This document shows positions 1 through 9,534 of a stretch of 20,035 bases of DNA, in pieces. Numbering within the stretch: position 1 is the stretch's first letter; each line of letters begins with the position of its first letter. Both the position numbers and the translations under genes were made by a program. The notes beneath the pieces are model-generated. The model made no database searches and was not told where the DNA came from. It saw only the letters and a list, made by a program, of their open reading frames with translations. Origin of the DNA: Octopus sinensis (taxonomy: Eukaryota); NCBI RefSeq assembly GCF_006345805.1, contig NW_021824071.1, forward strand, positions 1-20,035, in the 5' to 3' direction.

Positions 1-519
1 TGCGGAACATTGACTAAGTGTTATGTACTATAGCTCCAGGTTTAACAATGCCATGTGAGTGAATTTAGTAACTCGCCCTGCTGTCTCCCGTCTCCCCTTT
101 CTCCTCACCTACCACCCCACCACCCTACCTCTCCAACGTACCATTCTTTGAGCTTTCCGGCATCTCCAGTCCGACCCGTCCACTTGCTTAACCGACCCTC
201 CCTTCTTCAAACGAGCCCACAACCTACAACACCTCTTGGTCCACAGCTTCTTCCCCAACCCAATCTCCCAGCCTGGCTCGTTCCCTTGCTCCCGTCCACG
301 GTGCCGCACTTGCGAAGGTTGAAAGTGGTAACAAGAACAGGACAGTGAGAACAAGACAGTAAAAACAAACGGTGAAGGTTGTTAAGTCAAGACGATAGGA
401 AAATTATTACGGATGAACGCTAGGAAGACGAGCTTATGAGAGGAGACAGGTATAAGCACGTCTTGTCTTTAGGAAGGAAATGGGCAGAAAGATAGGTTCC
501 CTTTCTTCAAATGTCAGCG

Positions 520-720
520 ACGAGAGAGTCAAGGAGGAAGAGTGAGAGAGAGGGAAGGTGAAGAGGAGAGGAGAAGAATAGGGCTGGGTGGGAGTGAAAA
601 CCAGAAAGAATGAAGAACAAGAGAGAGAGAGAGAGAGAGATAGACAGAGAAGAAATAAATAAACACACACATATTTCTATCTCTATCATTCATATGTGTA
701 GAGAATGTGTGTATGTGTGT
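520..720. repeat. GA-rich low-complexity tract followed by short CA/TG microsatellites
   Basis: (GA)n runs at about 540-560 and 618-650; tgtgtatgtgtgt at 706-720. Confidence 0.85.
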
Positions 721-732
721 GAATAAGTTAAT

Positions 733-1062
733 GGATCTCCATCGGTTTCGACGATGAGTATTCAGTCGTTCAATCAAACTGTATTAGCTGTTCAATGAAT
801 ACATGTGCAAGTGACCGAATATTCCACAGACATTTGTACTCCTAACGTTATTCGTAAGAACGAATTAGTGTCACACAGTATTTGCGACAAGGTCAGTCGT
901 TCGAATTACAGCTACGCTTCCGCAGTGCTACTGTATTTCCGATTTCAGAAAGAAGGCTTGGATTTAGCTAGATCCACGACTATAGTGGAGGACATTTTCC
1001 CAAGATACCACGCTGTTGGGTTTGAACCCAGCAGACTTCTTAACCACTCGACCAATCATACG
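733..1062 (-). mobile_element. Degenerate tRNA-headed SINE: family A-like head with a different 3' domain
   Basis: Minus strand reads ggtcgagtggttaag (A box-like), gggttcaaaccc (B box), then agcgtggtatcttgggaaaatgtcctccactatag, matching family A tgcgtggcaccttgggcaagtgtcttctactatag. The part at 733-910 resembles a recalled octopus repeat (not verifiable here). Confidence 0.6.
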
Positions 1063-1224
1063 TGTTCACGTCAACATGTACATACACACACATACGCGCG
1101 CGCGAAGTCCACGCGCAGAGTCAGGGAAATGATATATTAATTCGAATCTAGTATTAAATGGAGTCTCAGGTATTGGTTTTGATATTGTATCGTGCAGAGT
1201 CAGACTTCGCAGGAACTTTATCAT

Positions 1225-1509
1225 GAATACATACATACATACATACATACATTCATGCATGTGTGTATGCATACATACATACGTACATACATGCGTACAT
1301 ATATATGTATACATATATTTCATATAGCATAGATATACAAAATAAATGTATACATATACACATATGTATGCACATTTATATATATATATATATCTATATA
1401 TATATATATATATAATATGCAATATACAAGTGTATATATATACATATATATCATATATATATATATATATATATATCATCATACATATATATAACATTAA
1501 TATATATAT

Positions 1510-1549
<40 letters not shown>

Positions 1550-1760
1550 TTAGAGACAAAACACTATATATATATATGATAGATTATATATATATATATA
1601 TATATATGCATATATATATACATATGTACATACATGAATATTATAAATATATATATATAATATTATGCAGCATAAATATATGTGTATGTACACATACATA
1701 CACACACACACACAAACAGACATACACACGTGTACATACATATGATTTGTGTGTATGTGT
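1225..1760. repeat. Compound microsatellite (ATAC)n/(TA)n/(CA)n
   Basis: Direct reading of the sequence. Confidence 0.95.
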
Positions 1761-2289
1761 GCGCAACAACAAGCATCGCCAATCGCATCATATACGTAAA
1801 TACAACACGCAGTTCTTCCTTTCGGTTAGACTCAATTGTTAGAACCAATGCCTTAAACAGGCTCCATCTTTCTCACTTCCACACACACTCTCTCTCTCCC
1901 TCTTTCACCTGTCTCTCTCTTCCTCACTTTTTCACTACCACTCTCTAACCTTCTATCTCTTTTTCTCCTCTCTCTTCTTCGCTTCTTACTTTTATGCTCT
2001 GTGAGGAATCAAGTCCTTTGTTCACTATGTCTACAAAATTCCAATCCACAGGAGTGAATTCCTGAAAACAATCTGACATTTCTATGTCTAAACATCTCCT
2101 AAATATCTTTGTGCTATTCCATAAAAGATGTCAAATAAGGGTGAAGAAACAAATGAAAACTTTTTCTTCCAGACGGTTGCCGTGCGTTTCAGTGAACGAA
2201 GCACCCGGGCGGAAACCATTTCTGAAAGACGCTCTTCGTCACAGGACTATATGTCCAAAGTGAAAGAATAGCCGTTGTGCTGATATAGT

Positions 2290-2470
2290 TTGTGTGTATG
2301 TGTGTGTTTGTGTGAGTATGTGTGCGTAGGTGCACGCGCATGTGTGTGTGTGTGTGTGTGTGTGCATGCGTGTCTATGTATAAATGAATGTCTGTTTGAA
2401 TGCTTACGTGTCCAGCTGTGTTTATGTATGTATGTATGTATGTATGTATGTATGTATGTATGTATGTATG

Positions 2471-2508
<38 letters not shown>

Positions 2509-2589
2509 TGTATGTATTAACATATACATGTATGAGTAGATATATGTATAATGATTGTATTATGAATGTATACCCACATACATAAATGC

Positions 2590-2623
<34 letters not shown>

Positions 2624-2711
2624 TGTGGTGTGTATATATACATTTATATACACATATATAGATTGATAGATAGATAGATAGAGAAAAATAGAAAGATAGA
2701 TAGATAGATAA

Positions 2712-2761
<50 letters not shown>

Positions 2762-2800
2762 TGATAGATAGATAGATAGATAGATAGACAGATATACTCA
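2290..2800. repeat. Compound microsatellite (TG)n/(TATG)n/(TA)n/(GATA)n
   Basis: Direct reading; long (GATA)n at about 2660-2790. Confidence 0.95.
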
Positions 2801-2881
2801 AGCACATACATTAAGCCATCATTTTGTCAATTTCTTATTTCGAGGTTTAAAAGGTATTTTCTGAACTCACAGAGGCCACTT

Positions 2882-2882
2882 A

Positions 2883-2920
<38 letters not shown>

Positions 2921-3091
2921 TAATAATAATAATAATAATAATAACCCTTTCTAGTAATGGCATAAGGCCTGAAATTTTTGGTGAGGCGGCTAGTCGATTA
3001 TATAGATCAGTGTGTAACTGGTACATATTTCATCGATCCCGAAAGGATGAAAGGTGAAGTCGACCTCGGCGGAAATTGAACTCAGAACGTA
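2882..3091 (-). mobile_element. SINE family B, 5'-truncated, with (ATT)n tail
   Basis: (AAT)n 2882-2944, then the B body (aaggcctgaaattt...ctagtcgatta...cgaaaggatgaaagg...gtcgacctcggcggaaattgaactcagaacgt). It stops just past the B box and is followed by aataatgataat. Confidence 0.85.
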
Positions 3092-3132
3092 ATAATGATA
3101 ATTCAAGGTTAATACCTAAAAGACTGTTAACA

Positions 3133-3560
3133 CATTACAAACCTTTCCGCTTCCATATCTCCATGACACACCTTTGTTTATACACTAAGAATAATTTAGA
3201 AAAGCGGAAAAAGTCCCAGCTACAATATGGACGTGCAAATGTTTAAAACTAATTCTAACGCTACACGTTAACCTTCTAATTCCTGAACACCCACCAAGTT
3301 CCTTTCTTCCCACGTAACCCCAAAGGACATATGTTTACATATTCCGCCTTCATGCTGGGCTACTGTATTCTTCGCAGTGATGGGAAGTTATCTTTTAATC
3401 AGCTCTTCACTGTTACGTTTCGTAAGGGGGTTCGCTGAAGGTTAGATTTTTAAACAGATGCGCCTTCATATTATTATAGTTGACGGGTAGGAAGTGTGTT
3501 TCCGCTTTCGTCACATGTTTCTTGTAGATAAACAAAGGTGTGTCGTAAAGGTTTGCTAGT
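3133..3560. repeat. Old degenerate inverted repeat (arms about 3133-3260 and 3435-3560), possible foldback/MITE remnant
   Basis: gacacacctttgtttat (3165-3181) is the exact reverse complement of ataaacaaaggtgtgtc (3528-3544). aaagcggaaa, caaaccttt and tgtttaaaa are also mirrored in collinear order. Confidence 0.65.
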
Positions 3561-3773
3561 GAAAACATTATCAATAACATGACATTACTATACCTCTAAT
3601 CCACTAATTTTACACTAGCAATATCCAAACCTTACTCTGGTAAAATCCTATGGGTGAGTCATCATCTTCCATTGATAAGATTCCCATAGGTATACATGCT
3701 TAGCTTGCTGCTCCGACGTTTTTGAAACCATTCAACCAATACTCGATCAGGCTCAGTGTTTCACAGAATTATT

Positions 3774-3938
3774 AGGAGTGGCTGTGTGGTAAGTAGCTTG
3801 CTTACGAACGACATGGTTCCGGGTTCACTCCCACTGCGTGACACCTTGGGCAATTGTCTTCTACTATAGCCTCGAGCCGACCAAAGCCTTGTGAGTGGAT
3901 TTGGTAGACCGAAACTGAAAGAAGCCCGTCGTATATAT

Positions 3939-3985
<47 letters not shown>

Positions 3986-4236
3986 TGTATGTATTATGTA
4001 TGTATGTGTGTGTGTATATGTTTTTTTGGTGTCGTGTCCCCCCACCCAAATAAAATGGCTTGACAACCGATGCTGGTGTGTTTACGTCCCCGTAACTTAG
4101 CGGTTCGGCAAAATAGACCGATAGAATAAGTACTAGGCTTACAAAGAATAAGTCCTGGAGTCGATTTGCTCGACTAAAAGGCGGTGCTCCAGCATGGCCA
4201 CAGTCAAATGACTGAAACAAGTAAAAGAGTAAAGAA
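3774..4236 (+). mobile_element. SINE family A, full length (tRNA-like head, CORE-like ccttgggcaa motif, internal (TA)n/(TG)n, 3' domain, (AAAGAGT)-type tail)
   Basis: Head aggagtggctgtgtggtaag (A box-like) and gggttcactccc (B box); near-identical copies at 5818, 12858 and 15910. Possible TSD agaatt(a/g)t at 3765-3772 and 4233-4240. Confidence 0.9.
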
Positions 4237-4416
4237 TTGTAATGTATTCTTCCTAAAGAATTGCAACATATTCATCCTTTGCGTTTTTATGCCATACATA
4301 GTTGATGTACCAACAGCCAGAATTTTCACATCAAAACGTTACGCTTCAGTTGTCTCACCACTTCTGCATGTCCCAGTATCGATTTGTATATATGTATTCA
4401 TTTAACCAGTTTTGAC

Positions 4417-4738
4417 AGGCATGGCTGTCGGGTTAAGAAGCTCGTTTTGCAACCCGTGGTTTCGTGTTCAGTCTCATTGTGTGTCATCTTGGGCAAATGT
4501 CTTCTACTATAACTTCGGGATGCTTAATGCCTTATGAGTGAATTTGGTTGACGAAAAACGTATAGGAATCTGTTTGTGTGTGTGTGTGTTTATCCCCCAT
4601 CTACTTTGCTTAACAACTGCTGTTGATTTGTTTAAGCCCTGTAACCTAGCGGTTCAGCAAAAACAAAAAATCGACAGGCGGTGCCCCAGCATGGCCGCAG
4701 TCTAATGACTTAAATAAGTAAAAGTTAAAAGATAAAAG
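4417..4738 (+). mobile_element. SINE family A, older diverged copy
   Basis: Collinear degenerate head, tcttgggcaaatgtcttctactata, (TG)n, ggcggtgccccagcatggccgcagtctaatgactt and an A-rich tail. Confidence 0.8.
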
Positions 4739-4815
4739 ACAGAATAAATACTAGACTTTGGAAAATGATAAATCAAATCAGAGTCAGATTTGTACGACTA
4801 AACCTTTCAATAGAA

Positions 4816-4858
4816 TGCTCCAGCATGGCCGCAGTCCAATTACTGAAATAAAAGATGG
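4816..4858 (+). mobile_element. SINE A 3' terminal fragment
   Basis: tgctccagcatggccgcagtccaattactgaaataaaaga matches the A 3' end. Confidence 0.7.
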
Positions 4859-4984
4859 AAGATCCTTTTTAAAGCTGGTAAGTAATGACAAACTAACACA
4901 CATATATAATAAAAAATATATATATAAAACAACACACACACACACACACAGCTAACACCATATATATATATATATATATATATG

Positions 4985-5817
4985 TATTGGATTAAGGAAT
5001 AATTAATGAGTTTTTCTTTTTTCCAAATATATTTTAAGCAAAAAAACTCCAACTAATCAATAATATACTCTTTGTTGTTGTTTGCGACTTCCTCCCATCG
5101 TTCAATAAGTGTTTCGATGCCTCGGCGATAGAAATCTCCCGGTTTTGATTCAAAGAGTTCGTTCAACCAAGCCCTCAATTTCACGTCATTATTGAACGAT
5201 ACACCGCGCAAAGCGTTGGAAAGCAATCGAAAGAGATGAAAGTCTGATAGCGCCAAGTACGGAGAGTATGGAAGATGAGGTAGCACTTTCTATTCGAATT
5301 TTGGGAATCGCGGCTTTGGTTATATTGGTGATGTGAGGACTGGCGTTGTCGTGTTGCAGAAGAACGCCATTTCACCTATTCGGTCATTTTTGCTGAATTA
5401 CCTCGTTGAGTCGGTGCAGATGTTGAACGTAGAGCTCTGCATTTTGTGCTTGGTTGTGCTCAAGCAGTTCGTAATGAATTATGCCTTCCCAATCCCACCA
5501 TACACACGACATGGTCTTTCGAGGATGAAAGCATTGTTTTATTCGCGAAGTTACTTGTTTGTCGTGGCTGAGCCATTATTTTCGCTGCTTCATATTAACG
5601 TAAAGGCACCATTTTCATCGCCAGTGACAATGTGGTAAAGAAAACACACTGTTTGTGGTCATATGTTGAGCAATGTCGAGTAAGCAAACTGGCGGCGAGT
5701 GTGGAGCGTTGATTTTCGTTGTTTTCGCTTAAAGTGTGTGGCACCCAAGCGCTGATTTCCTGAACCTTGTTCATTGAGTGAAGTTGGTTCACCACAGTTT
5801 TTTTTATCGTAATCCAA
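4985..5817 (-). pseudogene. Decayed mariner (DD34D) transposase, 3' two-thirds plus putative right TIR
   Basis: Across frameshifts and stops: WVPHTL (5730-5747), IVTGDE(K)W, CVWWDWEGIIHYELL, HDNASPH, PYSPYLALSDFHLF, ending YIID* at 5053. TA plus TIR-like ttggattaaggaataattaatgag at 4985-5010. Confidence 0.9.
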
Positions 5818-5972
5818 TTCTTTCAGTTTCCGTCTACCAAATCCACTCACAAGGCTTTGGTCGACCCGAGGCTATACTAGAAGACACTTGCTCAAGGTGC
5901 CACGCAGTGGGACTGAACCCGGAACCATGTGGTTCGTAAACAAGCTACTTACCACACAGCCACTCCTACGCC
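5818..5972 (-). mobile_element. SINE family A 5' half, fused to the mariner remnant
   Basis: Reverse complement reads ggcgtaggagtggctgtgtggtaagtagcttg...ggtagacggaaactgaaagaa, then continues directly into transposase codons. Confidence 0.9.
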
Positions 5973-6002
5973 TATATATAAACATATATACATACTTATA
6001 TA

Positions 6003-6171
6003 CGGTTTCCTTGGTGTATAGGTTCCCCGCCTGGACGGGGTGTCGGTCCGTTGCAGGTGAGCTGCAAGATGCAGGAGGAAACGGTGAGAGAAAGTTGTGG
6101 CGAAAGAGTTAGCAGAAGTTCGCCATTACCTTCTGCCGGAGCCGCGTGGAACTTAGGTGTTTCGGTCATAA

Positions 6172-6172
<1 letters not shown>
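6003..6172 (-). mobile_element. SINE family C, head missing
   Basis: Collinear with 6915-7077 (ggtttccttgg...gttcgccattaccttctgccggagccgcgtgga). The head position is occupied by (TG)n/(TA)n/(GA)n at 6174-6272. Confidence 0.85.
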
Positions 6173-6221
<49 letters not shown>

Positions 6222-6389
6222 ATATATATATATGAGATAGAGTGAGAGAGAAGGAGGGAAGGAGGGAGAGAGAGTACTTGTTAAATCAGTTCCGCGACTG
6301 CACCTATGATACACACACACACACTCAAATTACATGTGGCCGTTTTAAAATGTAATGCAACATTAGATTATGTTGTTCTAGGTAACCAT

Positions 6390-6580
6390 AAAAGACATGA
6401 TAGTCACTGCCGGAACGCTTCTGATTGCATTATGTCTGCTCTGCCAGCGTCGACATGAGGTTAAACAGCAGCAGCAGCAGTAACAACAATGTAGCCAAGA
6501 GGTAATGGCAGAGCCTTTACATAGTCGTTCCTTGTGTTGGAAATAACAGCCAAATCTTCTTAGAATCACATACATCGATT
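6390..6580 (+). mobile_element. Degenerate fragments of a further interspersed repeat (family E) with a (CAG/CAA)n tail
   Basis: aaaagacatgatagtcactgccggaacgcttctgattgcattatgtctgctctgccagcgtcgacatgaggttaaacagcagc resembles 8570-8660. gaaataacagccaaatcttcttagaatcacata resembles 9535-9570 and 9738-9775. Confidence 0.55.
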
Positions 6581-6766
6581 TATAGAAACCAGTAAGATAT
6601 TAACAGCGTCCATGGTCCTTTTTTAGGACTAGAAGGATAATCCATCATATTTCTGCAACAGCTGCATTTTTCTGAGATATCTTTAGTTAGTCATGACTGG
6701 AATGTCTTTCAAATATTACACCTATTGTTTGATGTATATTGGCAACGCTGATGTCTCATTTTTCAG

Positions 6767-6833
6767 TTCAGTGTGAAAATCTCGAGGGAAAGGATACATT
6801 CAGTGTCATCTATTATTCAATCAAAAATTATTG
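6767..6833 (+). CDS. Possible 67 nt internal exon of an unidentified host gene
   Basis: Acceptor gtctcatttttcag| and donor TG|GTAAGT in non-repeat sequence. Two frames are open (QCENLEGKDTFSVIYYSIKNY and FSVKISRERIHSVSSIIQSKII). No family recognised. Confidence 0.3.
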
Positions 6834-6866
6834 GTAAGTAGTACTTATATCCAACTCAATTTGTAT

Positions 6867-7165
6867 GTTTTGTTTGTTCCTTCTCGAGCCATGTCTGGCT
6901 CATAGGCCGGTTTCCCGGTTTCCTTGGCGTATAGGTTCCCCACCTGGACGGGACGCCAGTCCGTCGCTGCAAGATGCCGGAGGAAAGAGTTAGTGAAAGG
7001 TGTGGCGAAAGAGTCAGCAGAAGTTCGCCATTACCTTCTGCCGGAGCCGCGTGGATCTTAGATGTTTCGCTCATAAACACACACATCGCCCGGTCGGAGA
7101 TTCGAACCCGCGATCCCTCGACTGCGAGTTCGCTGCTCTCACTACTAGGCCATGTGCCTCCACCA
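6867..7165 (-). mobile_element. SINE family C, full length, with TSD
   Basis: Minus head tggaggcacatggcctagtagtgag (A box) and gggttcgaatctcc (B box); (AAAC)n tail. The 9 bp direct repeat aatttgtat flanks it at 6858-6866 and 7166-7174. Confidence 0.9.
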
Positions 7166-7263
7166 AATTTGTATATAGTATAAATAATTGTTGTAACTGT
7201 CCTATAAAGTCAAGAAAATCTTTGAAAGTAATTTTGCTAAAATATAGCATACTCTAAAAACAT

Positions 7264-7333
7264 ACAATTGTAGCGTGGAAGGTGTTTATAAGCCATTTAA
7301 AACACACACACACACACATACACACACACACAC

Positions 7334-7410
<77 letters not shown>

Positions 7411-7560
7411 CGCAAGATTCACTTCAACATTTAAATTTAATTTAATTTGTGTCAAAATATTTTAGTCGTTTTGAAACCGTGACCTGTTCACTGACAAAAC
7501 TTCGTGCTGCATTTTATGTGTTTTTAAATGGCTTATAAACACCTTCCACGCTGCAATTGT
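7264..7560. mobile_element. MITE-like element with ~40 bp TIRs and an internal (CA)n expansion
   Basis: acaattgtagcgtggaaggtgtttataagccatttaaaa (7264-7302) versus ttttaaatggcttataaacaccttccacgctgcaattgt (7522-7560), one mismatch. (CA)n at 7303-7407. Confidence 0.8.
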
Positions 7561-7677
7561 TTTTGTTTCAGCACAAGATCTCAGATCAAGTTACTTGCTA
7601 TGCAAGTACATTTCTAAGAAAATAGATTTTTGGCAATAAATTAAAGAAAAAAAGTTCGGAACTAATGGGTTAAATAA

Positions 7678-8529
7678 TTGCTTCAAAATTTGGCACAAGG
7701 TTAGTAATTTTAGGGAAAGGGGCTAGTTGATGACATCGCCCTCTCCACTCAAGTGCACAACTGGTACTTATTTTATCGATTCTGAAAGGATAAAAGGCAG
7801 AGTCGACTTCGGCGGAATTTGAACTCAGAATGTCAAGACGGACAAAATGCTGCTAAACCTTGCGCCTGGCGTGCTAACGATTCTACCAGTTCTCCGCTTT
7901 TACTGTAGATATAAATATTGACTTCAAATTTTGACACAAGGCTAGCAATATCGTGGGAGGTGGGAATAGTCGATTACATCGACCCCAGTGTTTCACTGGT
8001 ACTTAATTTATGGACCCCAAAAAGATAAAAAGCAAAGTCGACCTCGGCGCAATTTGAGCTCAGAACACAAAGACAGACGAAATGACATTTTGCACGGCAA
8101 GCTAAAGACTCTTGCCAACTCGCCGCCTTAATATATTAGATAACCCTTTCTGTTATAGACACAAGGCCTGAAATTTTGCAGGAGGAGGTAAGTCAATTAC
8201 ATTAACCCCAGTACTCATCTGGTACTTAATTTATCGACCTCCGAAAGGATGAATTGCAAAGTCGATCTCGGCAGAATTTGAAATCAGAACCCGAAGACGG
8301 ACGAAATGCTGCTAAGCCCGGCGTGCTTACGATTCGTTTCTACTCTAGGCACAAGGCCCAAAACTTTTGGGGAGGGCGCCAGTCGATTAATTCTACCCCA
8401 GTATGCTACTCCGAAAGGATGAAAAGCAAAGTGAACCTCGGCGGAATTTGAACTCAGAACGTAAAGATAGACGAAATACTACTAAACATTTCGCCCAGCG
8501 TGCTAACGATTCTTCCAGCTCGCCGCCTT
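7678..8529 (-). mobile_element. Head-to-tail array of four SINE B copies (about 7678-7899, 7918-8129, 8142-8335, 8337-8529)
   Basis: Each unit has cacaagg...gtc(g/a)att...ctggtactta...gaaaggat...ggcggaatttgaactcagaa... with local variants. The minus-strand head aaggcggcgagctgg...gagttcaaattcc contains A/B box-like motifs. Confidence 0.9.
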
Positions 8530-8569
8530 GCGGCCTTTAAGATATTAAATAATGGAACACAATATCAAT

Positions 8570-8660
8570 AAAAGACAGCAGGATGGCTACGGCTGGAAAG
8601 CCTTTGATCGCATTATGACTGCTGAATCAGCGTCGACACGAAACTAAACAAAAACAACAT
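8570..8660 (+). mobile_element. Family E 3' end fragment
   Basis: aaaagacagcaggatggctacggctggaaagcctttgatcgcattatgactgctgaatcagcgtcgacacgaaactaaacaaaaacaac parallels 6390-6490. Confidence 0.55.
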
Positions 8661-8839
8661 CAGAAAAGACTGTTTCCAATTCGTTAATGCCATTTCTAAG
8701 GTCCATCCATCTTCGTATTTCCAACTTTTCTTTTCCATCATTCTCATTTATTTTCATGTCCAGTTAAAAATAGTGCTGTACCATTAAGTCTACACAGCAA
8801 TGGTACACCTATCATTCTTTGGAAATCTTCTCACTTGTT

Positions 8840-9062
8840 ATTGCTGAGGATGTTGATGATGTTGATGTTGTTGTCGTCGGCGTCATCGCCGTCGTAGCCG
8901 TTGTTGTTGTTACTCTGTTTCAGCTTTTGTTGTTGCTTTTGTTGATAATGTTGTTACTGTTGATTGTTGTAGTTGTCGCCGCTGTGGTTGCTACTGTTTC
9001 TTCTTCTTCTTCTTCTTCTTCTTCTTCTTCTTCTTCTTCTTCTTCTTCTTCTTCTTCTTCTT

Positions 9063-9114
<52 letters not shown>

Positions 9115-9230
9115 AAGACGTTGTCAGCGTCGTCATCATGATCTTAACTATCACCATCGTTGGTATCATCGTCATCGTCATCATCATCACCATCATCATC
9201 GTTATCATCTTAATCATCATCTTACTACGT
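8840..9230. repeat. Compound trinucleotide tract (GTT/GAT, TCT, ACT, CAT)
   Basis: Pure (TCT)n about 8998-9063 and pure (ACT)n about 9063-9111, with degenerate flanks. Confidence 0.95.
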
Positions 9231-9534
9231 CTGAATTCCGTTTCATTCTTCACTTGTTAATCCATTCTCATTTGTTTTTTGTTTGTTTTGTTGCGTTTTT
9301 TGGTTTTGCTTTTGTTTCTTCTTTCTCCCGCATCAACTTTTTTTTTTCTCTCTCATCCGCGATAATTCATCAACGAGAAATACATGGGAAGGTAAAGCAA
9401 TGAGAGGCCACATGATAGTAACAATGTAGCAATGCCGGTCGAGACTATGAGTTTCAACGGAAATAGACCACAAGTGTTAAATTAAGCAATAATGGTTATC
9501 GTCAGCGGTGCATACTCCACACCATCACTCGATG

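Noticed and set aside
40-54. Possible 15 nt microexon (ccag|GTTTAACAATGCCAT|gtgagt)
   Set aside because: Good donor but poor polypyrimidine tract; such matches occur by chance and cannot be supported without RNA data.
55-348. 97 aa Pro/Ser-rich ORF
   Set aside because: GTG start, C-rich low complexity and no recognisable motif; the composition alone avoids stops.
1066-2807. Many ORFs rich in YI/HT/CV/YLSI (also 16831-18525)
   Set aside because: Translations of (TA)n, (CA)n, (CATA)n and (GATA)n microsatellites; no coding signal.
3320-3408. Decayed hammerhead on the minus strand (CTGATTA...TAAA-catat-GTC)
   Set aside because: Two core mismatches and no stem II closing pair; at best a dead relic and possibly chance.
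3784-3793. GTAAGT donor-like motif in SINE A heads (also 15925)
   Set aside because: Part of the repeat consensus A box; no matched acceptor or evidence of exonisation.
7085-7162. tRNA gene calls at SINE heads (also 3774, 14941, 15910)
   Set aside because: A/B boxes are present but the cloverleaf stems do not pair properly, and each continues into a repeated SINE body.
7678-8529. CRISPR-like or satellite interpretation of the repeated units (also 10675-11560)
   Set aside because: Units are ~200 bp SINE copies with Pol III boxes, no unique spacers of regular length, no cas genes, and a eukaryotic context.
8819-9403. 194 aa poly-V/L/S/T/H ORF and overlapping poly-L ORF
   Set aside because: Trinucleotide repeat artefact with no domain or splice support.
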